Below are positions 32,396-45,419 of a stretch of DNA of 64,000 nt, one piece after another. A program made the translations under genes and the position numbers. Where the stretch lies: the NCBI RefSeq assembly GCF_009914755.1, contig NC_060925.1. The stretch is one strand, 5' to 3'. The stretch is from the human T2T-CHM13v2.0 reference genome, Homo sapiens. The first letter of the stretch is position 1. Each line of letters begins with the position of its first letter. The notes beneath the pieces are model-generated. The model was not told the origin of the DNA and made no database searches. It saw only the letters and a program-made list of their open reading frames with translations.

Positions 32396-34901
32396 AAAAT
32401 ATCATGTAGCTGTCATATTATCTATGAAGGGTTTTATTGTTGCTGATGTAGCAGTTTCTTCAGGTCACAGTTTGCCTTTTTTGTTTTCAATTACTATAAA
32501 TCTTTGGAGCCCTTCATTTTTCTCCCACTAACGCAATTATTTTCTTTGCTGAAAAAGAATGTGTCATTTACTATTACCTTTTTAAAAAATGACATCTTTA
32601 AAATTGCTTCTTTTTGTTTTTACTGAATACACATGTCTTCTTGGAAAACGGAAAATGTGTCATGACTACGCTGCCTTAATTGTACTCTCTGTGTGTGTAT
32701 ATGTGTGTGTGAGAGAGAAAAAGAAAGAGAGAGTGAGAGAGAGTGTGTGCTAGTAAGAGCGAGCACAGTGCATTGGATTTAAGATGTTCTAATCATTTAG
32801 TTCACATAAACCTTATGAAAAATGAAAACTGTTCATTTTTCTCTGCGTTCCTCTATTATTCATCAGGTGCAGCACCTGGAACCAATCTCAAGAAACAATT
32901 TGTCACTGTGTGTAATTGCTATGCAGCATATTAGAATCAAACAATTCATTATGTTGGTTTATAGAAACAAAAAAAGTAGTCAAAGATTTTCTTTCATTTT
33001 AACCTTTGTAAGAAAATCAGTGTTCTCACTTCATTCAAGCTGGAGATGAATTGGCTCTCACTGGAAACAAATGAGGACATAAATACCTGTCCTTGCCTTT
33101 TGACCACTCATTCCACTAGGGCTGGACAGTGTTATTCATTTAGGGGTCAGGCTTGGACATTAAGAAATCCTCCACATCAATTTTTTTTCATTTATTTTTA
33201 CATCAATTTTTTAATGTACCTTTAATGTAGAGTCCATACAACACTCCAGCATCGACAGAATAGTTTCTATGGACTTAAGCCAACATTTTGTTTAATTATA
33301 ATCTAATTATAGACACAGTTTTGTGATCATTATAAAGAGTATACTATATAAGTATAATGTAAGGAAATAAAAATCATCTGTAATTCCACATTGACTACTG
33401 ATGAAAGAGGTGGTGGGCTGGAGTGGTCTCATGAGATGCCCGGTGCCTGCTGTAAGCAGTGAGGCTCAGCTCCTAGTGAAGGCAAAAATAAGCCGCTAAA
33501 GCTGAAGACACAGACTAAGTCTAGACTGCTGAGAGCCAGAGAAGAGTTTGTGGAGGCAAGGCTGACTGAGACTGGAGTGGGAAGTGTGCTGACTGGGCAC
33601 TGGCAGGCCTCAACTCTGCCCTACAGGTATTCTGCAGAGTTCCTCTGCGTGGCCCTCCCCAAGGCCAGCGCCTGTGATCTTTGGCATTTGCATCATCAGC
33701 TACTTCTGCAGAGTGCCATTGAATCACAAAGTTGTGAGTGGAAGCTGAGCTGGGGGAAATGGGTCCTGTCATAAGTGGAAAAATAGGTGTTAATACCACC
33801 TTTGGCCTTATGATTCTTTCTTGCAATTTTGTATTGTAACCATTTTTTTCACTTACAATTTTTCATGCTTATGAGTAGTTGTATTTTGTAATGGACAAAT
33901 GTAATAATATAAATTTACATAAAATGATATGATGTATTAGATTAATGTTATATTCAGGGATATTTGACTTGTTTCTCATTTTTGATATAGAAAATACTGA
34001 GATCAACACTTTAGAAACAGACATTTATCTGAATTGCTAGTTATTAAATTAAGATAGCTAGAAGTTAAATTACTAACTTTTTTACATTTATTGATACATA
34101 TTGCCAAATTTATACTCCCATTCTTTAGGTATTGAACAACCTGACCTACTGTACACTAAGTATAACATCATTTGACAATAGATTCTAATTGATAAAATGA
34201 AAATAAATTCTTATTGTGCTAATCTGACTGCTTTAATTTATTAATAAGGTTAAACATTTTTATGTATTCAACAACTATTTTTAATGTTTCTATACATTTT
34301 ATGTTTATGGAATATTGCTTTTTTCACATGGAAGTTTTAGTGTTTTACTTGTTGGTTGAAAAGTCTCTCCATATTAAGGATATTCATAATTTATTTTACT
34401 GTTGCAAATAAATTTTGGAGATTCAAATTTTTTTTTTTCATTTAGCTTTTGATGATTCTCAATATGAAAATGCTTTGTATTTTATACCTGGAAATCAATT
34501 GACTTTTTGGTCACTTTTCTTATTGCTTTATAGATTACAACACACTTATATCTTCTAGTTCCATTTTATTTACATTAAACTCTTTAATCAACCTCTAACT
34601 GATTTTGTTATGTTTAATTTTCTATCACAAATGATTAATTTTCCTTACATTATGTTATAGTTGCAGTAGTAGTAACAATAGTTGGAGTAATAGTAGTAGT
34701 GGTTAGTTCGTATTTTGTATGTACAAAACATGATGTTTGGTGAATTACTTGTGTTACTTCAATGAATCTAATAATCCAATTGGAAGTTTATCTTTACTAT
34801 TTTACAAATGAGCAAATTTTGTTTGCAGTATTTAGAAACATACTACAAGCAGTATGAATCAAGCCTCAAATTCTAATACTTTTCATTCTCCTAATGGAAC
34901 T

Positions 34902-37172
34902 TGTATTTAGTCCACTTTCAGGCTGCTGATAAAGACATACTTGAGACTGAGCAAATTACAAAAGAAAGAGGTTTAGCTGGACTTACAGTTCCATGTAGCT
35001 GGGGAAGCCTCACAATCATGGGGGAAAGAAAGGAGGAGCAAGTCATTCATCTTACATGGATGGTGGCAGGCAAAAAATGAGAGACCTTGTGCCGGGGAAT
35101 GCCTCTTTTTAAAACCATCAGATCTCATGAGGCTTATTCACTATCACGAGAACAGCATGGGAAAGACCTGCCCCCATGATTCAATTACCTCCCATCAGGT
35201 TTCTCCCACAACATGTGAGAATTCAAGATGAGATTTGGGTGCGGACACAGCCAAACCATATCATTTTGCCTGTTGCCCCTCCCAAATCTCATGTCCCCAC
35301 ATTTCAAAACCAATCATGCCTTCCCAACAGTCTCCCGAAGTCTTAACTCATTTCACCATTAAGTCAGAAGTCCACAGTCCGAAGTCTCATCTGAGACAAG
35401 GCAAGTCCCTTCCATCTATGAGCCTGTAAAATCAAAAGCAAGCTAGTTATTTCTTAGATACAATGGGGGTACAGACATTGGGTAAATACAACCATTCCAA
35501 ATGGGAGATACTGACCAAAGCAAAGGGGCTACAGGTCCTATGCACACCCAAAATCCAGCAGGGCAGTCAAATCTTAAAGCTCCTAAATGATCTCCTTTGA
35601 CTGCATGTCTCACATCAGGTCATGCTGATGTAAGAGGTGGGTTCCCATGGTCTTGGGCAGCTCCACCCCTGTGACTTTGCAGGCTACAGCCTCCCACCTG
35701 GCTGCTTTCACCGGCTGATGTTGAATGTCTGTGGCTTTTCCAGGTGCACGGTGCAAGCTGTGGCTGGATCTACCATTCTGGGGTCTGGAGGACTGTGGCC
35801 GTCTTCTCACAACTCCACTAGGCAGTGCCCCAGTAGTGATTCTGTGTGGGGGCTCTGACCCACATTTCCCTTCTGCACTGCCCTAGCAGAGGTTCTCCAT
35901 GACAGTCCCGGCCCTGTAGCAAATTTCTGCCTGGGTATCCAGATGTTTGCATGTAACTTCTGAAATCAAGGTGGAGTTCCCCAAATCTTAATTCTTGACC
36001 TCTGTGCACCCACAGGCTCAATACCATGTGGAAGCTGCCAAGGCTTGGGGCTTGCACCATCTGAAGCCACAGCCTGAGCTCTATATTGGCATTTTTCAGC
36101 CATGGCTAGAGTGGCTGGGATGCAGGGCACCAAGTCCCTAAGCTGCTCAGGGACCCTAGGCCCAGCCCACAAAACTACTTTTTCCTCCTAGACCTCCTGG
36201 CCTGTGATGGGGGCACTGCCATGAAGACCTCTGACATGCCCTGGAGATATTTTCACCATTGTCTTAGGGATTAGCATTTAGCTCTTCGTTACTTATGCAA
36301 ATTTCTGCAGCCAAATTGAATTTCTCCTCAGAAAACAGGCTTTTCTTTTCTATCACATTGTCAGCCTGCAATTTTTTAAAACTTTTAGGTTCTGTTTCCC
36401 TTTTAAAACGGAACGCTTTTAATAGCACCCAAGTCACAACTTGAATGCTTTGCTGCTTATAAATTTCTTCCACCAGTTTTTCTAAATTATCTCTCTCAAG
36501 TTCAAAGTTCCACAAATCTCTAGGCCAGGGGAAAATGCTGCCAGTCTTCTTGCTAAATCTTAACAAGAGTCACCCTTGCTGTAGTTCCCAACATGTTCCT
36601 CATCTCCATCTGAGACCACCGCAGCCTGGATTATATTGTCCATATCACTATCAGCATTTTGGGCATAGCCATTCAACAAGTCTCCAAGGAGTTGCAAACT
36701 TTCCCACATTTTCCTGTCTTCTTCTGAGCCCTCCAAACTGTTCCAACCCCTGCCCATTACCTTCCACATTTTTGGGTATCTATGGCTGTGCCCCACTCCC
36801 AGTATCAATTTACTGTATTAGTTTGTTTTAATGCTGCTGATAAAGACATATCTGAGACTGAACAATTTACAAAAGAAAGAGGTTTAACTGGACTTATAGT
36901 TCCCTGTGGCTTGGGAAGACTCACAATCATGGCAGAAGGCAAGGAGGAGCAAGTCACATCTTACATGGATGGAAGCAGGCAAGAAATGATCAAGCTTGTG
37001 CAGGGGAATTCCTCTTTTTAAAACCATCAGATCTCATGAGACTTATTCACTATCATGAGAACAGCATGGGAAAGACTTGGCCCTCATGATTCAGTTACCT
37101 CCCAGCAGGTCCCTCCCACAACACATGGGAATTCAAGAAGAGATTTGGGTGGGGCACAGCCAAACCATATCA
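34902..37172 (-). mobile_element. THE1A MaLR element with both LTRs (34902-35263, 36814-37172) and THE1-int
   Basis: Two ~360-bp direct LTRs tgtatt...aaaccatatca with the THE1A-type ttacatggatgg...aattcaagatgagatttgggt; ~1.55-kb internal region; TSD gaact/gcact. Confidence 0.92.
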
Positions 37173-37387
37173 GCACTCTTTTATATACTCATCTTCATCA
37201 AAGTTAAATACATATATTCATCTTTTTACTACCCATTCTCTCATCTATTCTCATCTTCTTGTTTAACTTTCATTGAGCATATCATGGCTTCATTATTATT
37301 AGGTTTTAAAAGGCTTTAAGTAGTGCAAGGCCAAATCTCTTGTTATTCTACTTAAATTTTATTTTTTGACCAAATCCTCAGAGCTAA

Positions 37388-37615
37388 ATATATCTATCTG
37401 CCTATCTATCTATATATTATCTATCTGCCTATATATATCTGTCTATCTGCCTATATATCTATCTATATATATATATCTATATATATCCATCTATCTATAT
37501 ATATATCTGCCTATATATACCTATCTGCCTATCTATCTGCCTATCTATATATTACATGTGGATATAATAACATATCCACATGTAATATATAGATAGATAG
37601 GCAGATAGATAGATA
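37388..37615. repeat. (TATC/TATCTGCC)n microsatellite ending in a palindrome
   Basis: Direct reading; 25-bp perfect inverted repeat at 37541-37565 / 37572-37596. Confidence 0.9.
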
Positions 37616-37794
37616 CTATACATAATCCTACCTTAATTTTATGGTCAGTCTTCATGGTAGTTTAAAATCTATCTACTTAATATGATAACTATCTCAGCAA
37701 TTTATATCTATTTTGACAACCTCATTCTCAACACAGGTAAGCTGTGCAATACTGAGCAATTGATGGCTTCTACTCTGCCTCTGAAAAGAGAGAT

Positions 37795-37970
37795 AGAAGT
37801 ATTACGGTGTATTGAAAGAGCATGAGTTGTGTGTCAGGAAAGCTGAAAATTTATGTCACAATTCTGCCACTGCCTAGCTGTGGGAATATAAGCAAATTGT
37901 TTAAACTTTGAACACCTCAGCTTCTTTATGAATTCAAAATAAACAATAATACCTATTTTGTAGTATTGAT
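37795..37970 (+). mobile_element. MIR
   Basis: aaagagcatgag...tctgccactgcctagctgtg...agcaaattgtttaaac...cctcagcttctt...aataataccta. Confidence 0.7.
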
Positions 37971-37989
37971 GACCATGAGAGTACTGATT

Positions 37990-38483
37990 GGTTAAATTAA
38001 CTTAAATTTTACCTGAGGCTTCCTTTGTATTCTGAGTTCCTACATGATAAACTGCAACTTAACTTAGCATGTAAATAAACTGAAATCAAACTTAGGAGTA
38101 AAACAAACAGCCACGTTTCAGCCAATTACAAGTAGCCAACTCATCATACCATGCCCAAATAACAAAAATGCCTCGTTACACCATGTCCAAAAAAGGCTAA
38201 CACCATGTTTTGTGCATATAAAATATGAACTCACCTCCACTACTAATACTCCAACTATTATTATTACTGCTGCAACTACTATATAATATAAGTAAAATTA
38301 ATAAAGTCCAATCAGATGACTTCTCTACTTTGCTTCTGTGTCTTCCCTATACAAGCTCAGTGCTGACACTGCTGCCTGGAGCTCTCTGAACTGCTCCTGA
38401 TTCTGAATGTTGCCCAATTCATGAATTATTCTTTGCTCAAATGAGCTCCTAAATGTAATTTGTCTAAAGTCTTCTGCTTAACA
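37990..38483 (+). mobile_element. MER57/MER93-family ERV1 LTR
   Basis: gttaaattaacttaaa...gagttcctac...aactgcaacttaacttag...cagccaat...tctttgctcaaat...taatttgtctaaagtcttctgcttaaca. Confidence 0.75.
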
Positions 38484-40558
38484 AATTATACTACTAATAA
38501 TGGTGATAATAATAAAATAGATAACATTACATATATGAATTATGCCAGTACTATGGTGACTGCCAGATTCTATGATGTGTGCTTAAAATATACCATCACT
38601 CTTAATATTCTAAATACTTTTTTGAGGTGAATATTCTTAATATCTTTATTTTACAAATGATAACATTGCATTTCATAGTATCTTAAGATCGTAAGATCAT
38701 GTTTAAGATAACATAGGTATTTATCTGCTCTGAAGAAGAGAAAGCTAAATCCATCAACTTTCCAGAGATTCTTTATTTTTTGCCACATACTCCAAGGACT
38801 AAAACTGATTTATTGTTGTTCAGTAGCTGCCACAATTTCTTATATATTTTGACATTTTTCTCCCCTTAACATATGATTTAGAATTTCCACCCACCACAGA
38901 ACCAAAAGTGTACGTGGCTGTCCAAAAAGGTGAGTAAAACTATGTTTGTCATTGGAGAAATTTAATTATATTTCTTTTTGGGAAATATAAGCTCAAAAAT
39001 AAATAACATAGTAGTATGTTTTATAATTTTTGAAGTCTTAGGTAAGCCTTTCCAGTACCTTATACAAGTTTTCTATCAGATATTGCTTTTGTTTTTGTTT
39101 CTGTGTGATGTCTTTTTCTGGTTTTGGTATCAAGGTGCTGCCAGCCCCATAAAATGAGTTTGAAAACATTTTCTCCACTTTTAATTTTTGGAAGAGTATA
39201 TGAAGAGATAGTATTAATTCTTCTTTGAATGTTTAGTAGAATTCACCAGTGAAACCATCTGGTCCTGGGCTTTTCTTTGTTGGGAGGTTTTTGATTATTC
39301 AATATGAGAAGGCTATGGCTAATTAATGGGGAAAACCTAAAAGCTTTGCCTCTAAGATTCAGTGCTAGGCAAGGATGCCTACTCTGTCCATTTCTTTTCA
39401 GCATAGTACTGAAAATTCTAGCCAGAGCAATTAGACAGGAAAAAAAAAGATATCAAAATTAGAAAAGAAGTACAATTATCTCTGTTTGTAGATAATATAA
39501 TGAAGTACATAGAAAAACCTAAAGACTCAATGGAAAAACTCTTAGAACTAATAAATGAATCCATAAGTTTTCAGTATACAAAATTAACATATAAAAGTTA
39601 GTCATTTCTGTCACAATGAAATATTTTTACCTAAAATTAATAAAACAATCCCATTTACAATGACAACAAAAAGAATAAAATACTTAGAAATAATTAGGAA
39701 GGTGGAAGACTTGTACACCGAAAATTGTAAAACACTGATGAAGAAAATTAAAGAAAACATAGATAAATAGAAATATATTCTGTATCCTGTGTTCATGGAT
39801 TTGAAGAATTAATATTCTTAAAATGTCCATACTATCTAATGCGAGCTACAGACTCAATGCAATTTCTATCAAAACCTCAATGGCATTTTCCCAGAAATAG
39901 AAAAAAATAACCCCCAAATTCATATGGAACCCCCAAAATTCCCAAATAGCCAAAGCATTTCTGAGAAAGAAGAACAAACTTGGGGGCATTGCATTTCCTG
40001 ATTTCAAAATATATAACAAAGCTACAATAATTAGGAAAGTATAGTACTGGCATAAAAAGAGAAATGTAGACCAATGGAAAAGAATAGAGAGCTCAGAAAT
40101 AAATTCATACATCTACAGTCAACTGATCTTTGGGAAGGATGCCAAAAACACATAATAGGGACACAACAGTCTCTTTAATGGTGTTGCCAAAACTGGATAT
40201 CAACAGGCAGAAGAGTGAAACTGAAACTTTAACTCACACCATATACAAAAGTCATCTCAAAATGGATCACAAACAAACATAAGACCTGAAATCATAAAAC
40301 TATTAGAAGAAAACATAGCTAAAACATTTTTTACTTGGTCTGGGCAATGATTTTCAGATACGATACCAAGAGCATAGGCAATTAAAGCAAAAATAGATGA
40401 GACTATGGTAAACTAGAGAGCTTCTTCACAGCAACAGAAGCAATCAGCAGAGTAGAAATATAACCTGCAGAATGGGAGAAAATATTTGCAAACTATATAT
40501 CTGATAGGGATTTAATATCCAAAATATATAAGGGTCTCATGCAAATCAATTGCTAAAA

Positions 40559-40854
40559 GGGTGGTTCACTCCCCTAATCCCAGCACTTTGGGAGCCCAAG
40601 GCAGGTGGATCACTTGAACCAAGGATTTCAAGACCAGCCTGGGCAATATGGCAAAACTCCATCTCTACAAAAAATTTTAAAAATTAGCTGGGCATGGTGG
40701 TACATGCCTGTAGTCCCAGCTACTGGGGAGGCTGAGGTAGGAGGATCACTTGTGCTTGGGAGATCAAGGCTGCAGTGAGCCATGCTCCAGCCTGGGTGAT
40801 GGAGTGAGACCCTGTTTCTCCCCGCCCCAAAAAAAAAAAAAACAAAAAAAAAAA
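40559..40854 (+). mobile_element. AluJ
   Basis: ggatcacttgaaccaaggatttcaagaccagcctgggcaatatggc...gaggatcacttg; A tail. Confidence 0.92.
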
Positions 40855-41428
40855 CAGGTAAACATTTCTTAAAAGAAGAAATAAAAAATGGCCAATAGAT
40901 ATATGAAAAGGTTCTTAGCTTCGCTATTAGGAAAATGCAAATTAAAACCACAATAGTTTTATTTTTAATTTTTTGAGGAACCTTCATACTATTTTTTGTA
41001 AAGGCTAAAACAATTTACATTCCTACCAACAGTGTATAAGGGTTCCCATGTATAAAAACTCACACTTGTTAGAATGGCTATTATCAAAAATGATAAAAGA
41101 TAAGAAATTATGCTGAAGATTTAGAGAGAATGAAATCCTTATACACTGTTGGTAGAAATGTAAATTGTTACAGCCTCCACAAAAATAGTATAGAGATACC
41201 TCAAAAAATTAAAAATAAAACTATTGTGGTCTAGCAATATCACTTCTGGGTATATATCCAATGGGAATGGAGTAATTATCTTGAAGATATGTATGCACTC
41301 CTGTGTTAACTTCAGCATTACTCACAATAGCTAATATGTAGAAATAACCTGCATATCTGTTAATGGATGAAGGTATAAAGAAAATTATACATATATAATT
41401 ACATATATAAGCATGTGTATATATATAA

Positions 41429-41988
41429 TATGATGGTTAATATTGAGTGTGCATTTGATTGGATTGAAGGATGCAAATTATTGTTCCTGGGTGTGTCTGT
41501 GAGGGTATTGGCAAAGGAGATTAACATTTGAGTCAGTGGACTGGGAGAGGCAGACCCACCCTCAATCTGGGTGAGCACCATCTAATCAGCTGCCAGTGCA
41601 ACTAGAATTAAGCAGACAGGAGAAGATAGAAGAGCAGACTTGCTGAGTCTTCCCGCCTCCATCTTTCTCCTGTGCTGGATGCTTCTTGCCTTCGAACATC
41701 AGACTCCAAGTTCTTCAGCTTCTAGACTCTTGGACTTACACCAGTGGTTTGCCAGGGGCTCTCATGCCTTTGTCCACAGACTGAAAGCTGAATTTGTCGG
41801 CTTCCCTACTTTTGAGGTCTGGGGACTCAGACTAATCCACCACTGGCTTCCTGGCTCCTCAGCTTGCTGACAGCCTATCGTGAGACTTTAACTTGTGATT
41901 GTGTGAGTCAATTCTCCTTAATAAACTCCCTGTCATATATACATATATCTTATTAGTTCTGTCCTTCTAGCGAACCCTGACTAGTACT
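41429..41988 (+). mobile_element. MLT2A (A2-like) HERV-L LTR
   Basis: tgatggttaatattgagtgt...tgattggattgaaggatgcaaa...taataaactccc...gaaccctgactagtac. Confidence 0.9.
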
Positions 41989-43629
41989 ACATACACACGC
42001 GCGCGCACACACACACACACACTTACATGCTTAAATATTACTCAGCATTCTAAAAAAAGGGAAATCCTGCTATTTAGAACAACCTGGATGAGTTTGGAGG
42101 ACATGATACTAAGTGGCATAAACTTGTTGCAGAAAGACAAATACTGGACGCTCTCACTTACATGTGGAATTTAAATAGTCAAAACTCACAGAGGCAGAGA
42201 ATGGTGGTCACCAGGAGTTAGGCAGAGGGGAATATGGGAAGATGCTGGTCAAGGGGCACAAAGTTTCAGTATTCAAGATGAACAAGTTTTGAGATCGAAT
42301 GTACAACACTGTGACTATAGTTAATAATACTCTATTGTATATAACAAATTTGCTAAGAAATTTGCAAATTTGCTTATGTGTTCTCACTAAGGTGTGGTGT
42401 TGGATATGTTAATTAGCTTGATTGTGGTGACTATTTTACAATGTAGGTATATATCAAACCAAGTTGTACACTTTATATACAATTTTTAATTGCCAATTAT
42501 ACCACAATAAAGCAGGAAAAATAGACAACTCTGTGTAAATAAATGGATATTTTCTTTGGTGCATTTATTATTTGTCATAGAATGCAGGGTTACCTTATGA
42601 AAATCTTCAGTTCTTTGTGCACAAGGCTTATGACCCCTAAAAGCTGGAGGGTCTCCAGCATACAGGTTCTTGAAATCTCTATTTAGAAAATGAAACCATA
42701 GGTATATGGGAAAATTTTATAATAGCCTCTCTCTGGGAACAAACATTAAGTTTCATAGGTTATGGTCTATCCAGTATAGGAAAATATGGTGACTCTATGT
42801 TGGAATATGTACATTTTATGTTTGTATATGTTAAAGTTAATCCTTTAACCAACACTAGTTGCAAATTCTCATTTTTTCAGTTGTCATGAGCCCTCAGTTT
42901 TAAACTTTAGCCTGCTCCATCAACCAAAACTGAATTGCAGAACCACAAAATTTATGAACTGATTATTTCTTCCCTCATTAGAAGTTACTCCTTTAGAAGT
43001 TTTATGGTTCATCTTATGGTTTTATGGTGTCAGGTTACCATACATGTTCTGATAAAACCTAAATTTTTACACTATAGCCACTAAACTTCATATTTTCTAT
43101 AACTTACACACATTGCAAAACCTTTGTAATGTAATATCTATAGTTTTTGTCATTAAAAATATAGAAAAGATTATATTAGCAAATCCTTTAAAATGTCCCC
43201 TATCTATAAGCCCACACAAAAATGTATTATCGTATAAGGTATATTTATTAACAAATATATGGTTGCAATTTGCTCTGTGCTGTGTTATTGCAAATTATTG
43301 AGGTCGTTGCCCGTATCATTAGAGCCACATATTTGGCACAATGCAAATGTGAGAACTGCTGTGATTCTTTAAATTCAAATTGAGTCAGCAATTTATATCA
43401 TTGCCTTTTTTTTTCTAGGCTGAAAACTTTAGCATTCATACCTCTACTTCATCTAATTAGATGCTAAAATTAATTTATTTACTAATAACCTTTTCTGATA
43501 ATGACTATAATGCACGCTGATTATTTCTAACCTCTCATTAAAGGTATACTCTATCCATTCTCACTAACTTTATTTGTTCTAATTCCTTGCTTTATTACAC
43601 TTAAATTAATACAGCAACCTCAAGTCCAT

Positions 43630-44187
43630 CTATTTTAGTTATCTAATGCTATGCAAAAAACCATCTGTGAATCTTAGGAGATTAAAACAACACAGATGTA
43701 AGGATTTATTATTTCACAGTTTCTGTGGACCAGGAATCAGGGAGCAGCTAATTTAGATACCTGTGGTTCATGGTCTCATGAAGTTGTAGTAAACCTGTCA
43801 GTCAGGGCTGTTGTCTCATTTGAAGACTGAACTATTGAAGGACTCCCTTCCAACCTCATTCAAATGGTGGTTTTCAGGTTTCAGTTCCTTGCTGGCTACT
43901 TGAAAGACACTTCAGTTTTTCACACATGGGCCTCTTGAAAGGCTGCCTGACTTCACCTGGCAGTTTATGTCCCCAGAGCAAGTAATCTGAGTGAGTGAAC
44001 CCAAGACCGAAGCAACAATGTTTGTATAAACGAATTTCAGTAGTAACATACCATCACTTCTGCTATATTCTATTCAATAGAACCAAATCACTAAATCCAC
44101 TCCACACCCAAAGAGAGGGAAATCCTTCTTTGTCTTTTAAAGGGAGGCATATCAATGCATTTGTTGGCATGTTTTTAAAGCTACCAT
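43630..44187 (-). mobile_element. MLT1F-like MaLR LTR
   Basis: ttagttatctaatgct...cacagtttctgtggaccaggaat...taccatcacttctgctatattctatt...ttttaaagctacca. Confidence 0.8.
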
Positions 44188-44489
44188 CCTCATACTACAT
44201 GTTATGGTCATAGTAATGTTTCTTAAATACTACTATTTTGGATATTCCAAGATATTTTATTTTCCTATTGCATAAAATCTTTCCTACACACTGCTTGTGC
44301 ATAGAAAGGCTGTACTTCACCTAATAAGAGAAGGAAAATAACTTTCATCCTGTATTTCTGATGCAATCTGTGTGTATATGGAAGAATCTGTCATTTTATT
44401 ATTCAGATGGAGTATCCTAGGAGGAAACCTAGAGGAGGACACAAGGAATTTCTCTTCAAGGGGTGTTCTTATTCATTCACTGAGTAGTA

Positions 44490-44720
44490 ATAAAACATTA
44501 TATTTATTTTCTTCTTATTATATAAGATATTGTGCTGAATACTTTCAGTACTTTGTTTCATTTAATGATCAAATCAGTCCTAAGTTGTTGCAATATATTC
44601 CCTATTTTATAGATGAGGAAACCCAGGCTTAAAAGAATTAAATAAATGACCCTAAGTCTTAGCTAATAAATAGAGGTACAGAGGTTGAAATGCAGTCTTA
44701 CCTCTTAACCAGTAAGTTTG
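44490..44720 (-). mobile_element. MIR
   Basis: ccctattttatagatgaggaaacccaggcttaaaagaattaaataaatgacc MIR core. Confidence 0.7.
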
Positions 44721-45419
44721 TCTTCCCTCTTGAATGTTACCGAAGAGATGTTTACGTGATTTGACATTTCTCCAGATCATATCAATAGAAAGCTTCTTTC
44801 TCCCACCACTAGAGAATGATTTCTTTGCTAACTTGTGCAAATTATACTCAGCCTCTATAAGTTGTTCTATAGCCCACCTACATAGGTCAACAGAATTGAA
44901 CACTCTTTAAAAACTAGTGTTAGAAAAGTTAAGAAAGGTATATATTGGGTTTGGGGACTGAAAAGAAAGGATGGAAGCTGTTAATTAGTCATGACAATAA
45001 GGAGGGAGAATGAAGAAAATAGTATAAGGGCCAAAGTGAGAAAAGTTCTTTGAAGGTTGATAGCCATATGAAATAAGATTATTAGTTCTATGGAATCTCT
45101 TTCTTAACCTGGTATTGAGAATTTGAACATGTTTGCATGCACGTTCCAGAATGAATGAAAAAAAAATCATTTAAGTTGGAAAATGTTGTTTTGGTCCTCC
45201 CTTATTTACATGAGTGTGCATCTGAAATCAGCTCTACATTCTGTGATCTTGGAAATGTTTATGTCTCATAAACAGCCTGAAACATATTAAACAGCTTGCT
45301 CAAAGGTTACCTAGCTAAGAAGTAGTAGAGTCAGTAATAAAAACCCATGTTTGTCTAACTTTAAAGTGTATGTTGTTTTACTATATCATACTGTCTTCAT
45401 AAAAATGAAACAAGAAGAT

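Larger units (their letters stand above)
39075..42521 (+). mobile_element. L1MA9-like, 5'-inverted (39075-39300 antisense); hosts AluJ and MLT2A
   Basis: Antisense ORF2 piece, then sense ORF2 remnants and an L1MA-type 3'UTR ending ttgccaattataccacaataaagcaggaaaa. Confidence 0.85.

Noticed and set aside
33399-33771. GC-richer island with small ORFs (possible exon)
   Set aside because: No recognisable protein or clear splice structure. The tg...ca ends suggest an old LTR that I cannot assign.
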